A stretch of DNA of 63,214 bases, counting the filler, from Octopus bimaculoides (Eukaryota), in assembly GCF_001194135.2 (NCBI RefSeq). It is 4 parts of 4 records of this genome, joined end to end, with 100 filler letters (N's around TTAATTAATTAA, not from the genome) between each part and the next. Parts side by side here need not be neighbours in the genome. Positions count along the whole stretch, not along the records: positions 60,618 to 63,214 come from NW_026426343.1; 3 more parts are not named here. One strand, 5' to 3'. The notes under the pieces are model-generated. The model saw only the letters and a program-made list of their open reading frames with translations, ran no database searches and was not told where the DNA came from. Of this stretch, positions 62,433 through 63,214 are shown in pieces (the first letter of the stretch is position 1; each line of letters opens with the position of its first letter). The position numbers and the translations under genes were made by a program.

Positions 62433-63126
62433 CAGGAGGCGATAGGCAAATTCTTGCCTTTTTATATTTCTAATTTAGCGCATTGTTCGTTTTTGATTTT
62501 GTCGACTACACAGTGTAGTAGGGTCAATCTGAGGACAGTGCAGTCTGAGGACATGTACCGAGAGTGATAAAAATCAAATATCCAGTCAGCATCATCGCGT
62601 TTGCAGTGATCACTAGTGATGTCGATGTTATGCCTCCATTCATCTTCACCCACGGCCTCACGCTCAACAACGGAGGCCTACATCAAGTACCAGAAGGAGA
62701 TAGTGCTGCCTTGGGTCAAGAGGGTGGCTGCTGGAAGACCCTACGTCTGGCAACAAGACTCTACACCATGCCACAAAAGCAATGGAGAACGCAGTCATGG
62801 CTGTCAGACAACTTCTCCCCCGTTGATTATTATGCGTGAGACGTAGCTGAGTGAAAGACCAACAAAACGGCTTATAACATCAAAGGTGAAATGAAGGCAA
62901 GGTTTATGGTAGCATTCACCAATTTAAACAAGGAGTCTGTTCAGAAGACTTGTACGAGATTCCGAAGTCGTCTGGAGCCAACGGTGATTTTATTGAATAC
63001 ATTTGTTGCTCTTTAGTATTTCAAGATATTTTTATCTAAATTTTGTAAATATATCTGTTACAATGAGATGTCAGTGTTATTTTCATTTTTGCGTAATTCA
63101 GACCATAGGTTATTCACCGCACCCTG
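62433..63126 (+). mobile_element. Internally deleted Tc1/mariner (maT-like) element with both ends and TA flanks
   Basis: TA|CAGGAGGCG...CGCACCCTG|TA (imperfect TIRs). Coding remnant VMPPFIFTHGLTLN/TEAYIKYQKEIVLPWVKRVAAGRPYVWQQDSTPCHKS/...WLSDNF..VDYY...TCTRFRSRLE. Confidence 0.8.
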
Positions 63127-63130
63127 TATC

Positions 63131-63162
<32 letters not shown>

Positions 63163-63214
63163 AATAGGAATTCGTACGAGTCTCTTTCCTAAACGGAACT
63201 ATTTCTGATACACG

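Noticed and set aside
714-62449. Long ORFs containing X runs (for example 12915-13802, 25035-26138, 35358-36599, 41657-42754, 55327-56521)
   Set aside because: They are open only because N codons are not stops.

Overview
AT-rich eukaryotic (non-prokaryotic) DNA from a gapped short-read-type assembly, dominated by simple repeats, tRNA-headed SINEs, decayed LINEs (Dong/R4, RTE), Tc1/mariner relics and MITEs. The repeat repertoire and microsatellite density suggest an octopod cephalopod (inference; not database-checked). I found no intact multi-exon protein-coding gene, rRNA, true tRNA or CRISPR array. Almost all entries in the ORF track are N-run or microsatellite artefacts. Three 100-bp N44-TTAATTAATTAA-N44 linkers split the window into four blocks whose adjacency is unverified. 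The best non-TE signal is a collinear series of minus-strand fragments (about 47.5-52.2 kb, possibly starting at about 61 kb) that resemble a decayed integrin beta subunit: signal peptide, PSI, hybrid and beta-I motifs, with the PSI exon duplicated inside a piggyBac-type MITE array. Other notable items are a near-perfect 97-nt hairpin, an inverted-plus-tandem structured element, a cluster of TCACGTG E-boxes with palindromes, a LINE end carrying three C2H2 fingers, a 3' tail shared between a SINE and a retroelement, and CpG-poor versus CpG-rich domains. All protein-family calls come from motif recognition by eye; coordinates of decayed repeats are approximate.
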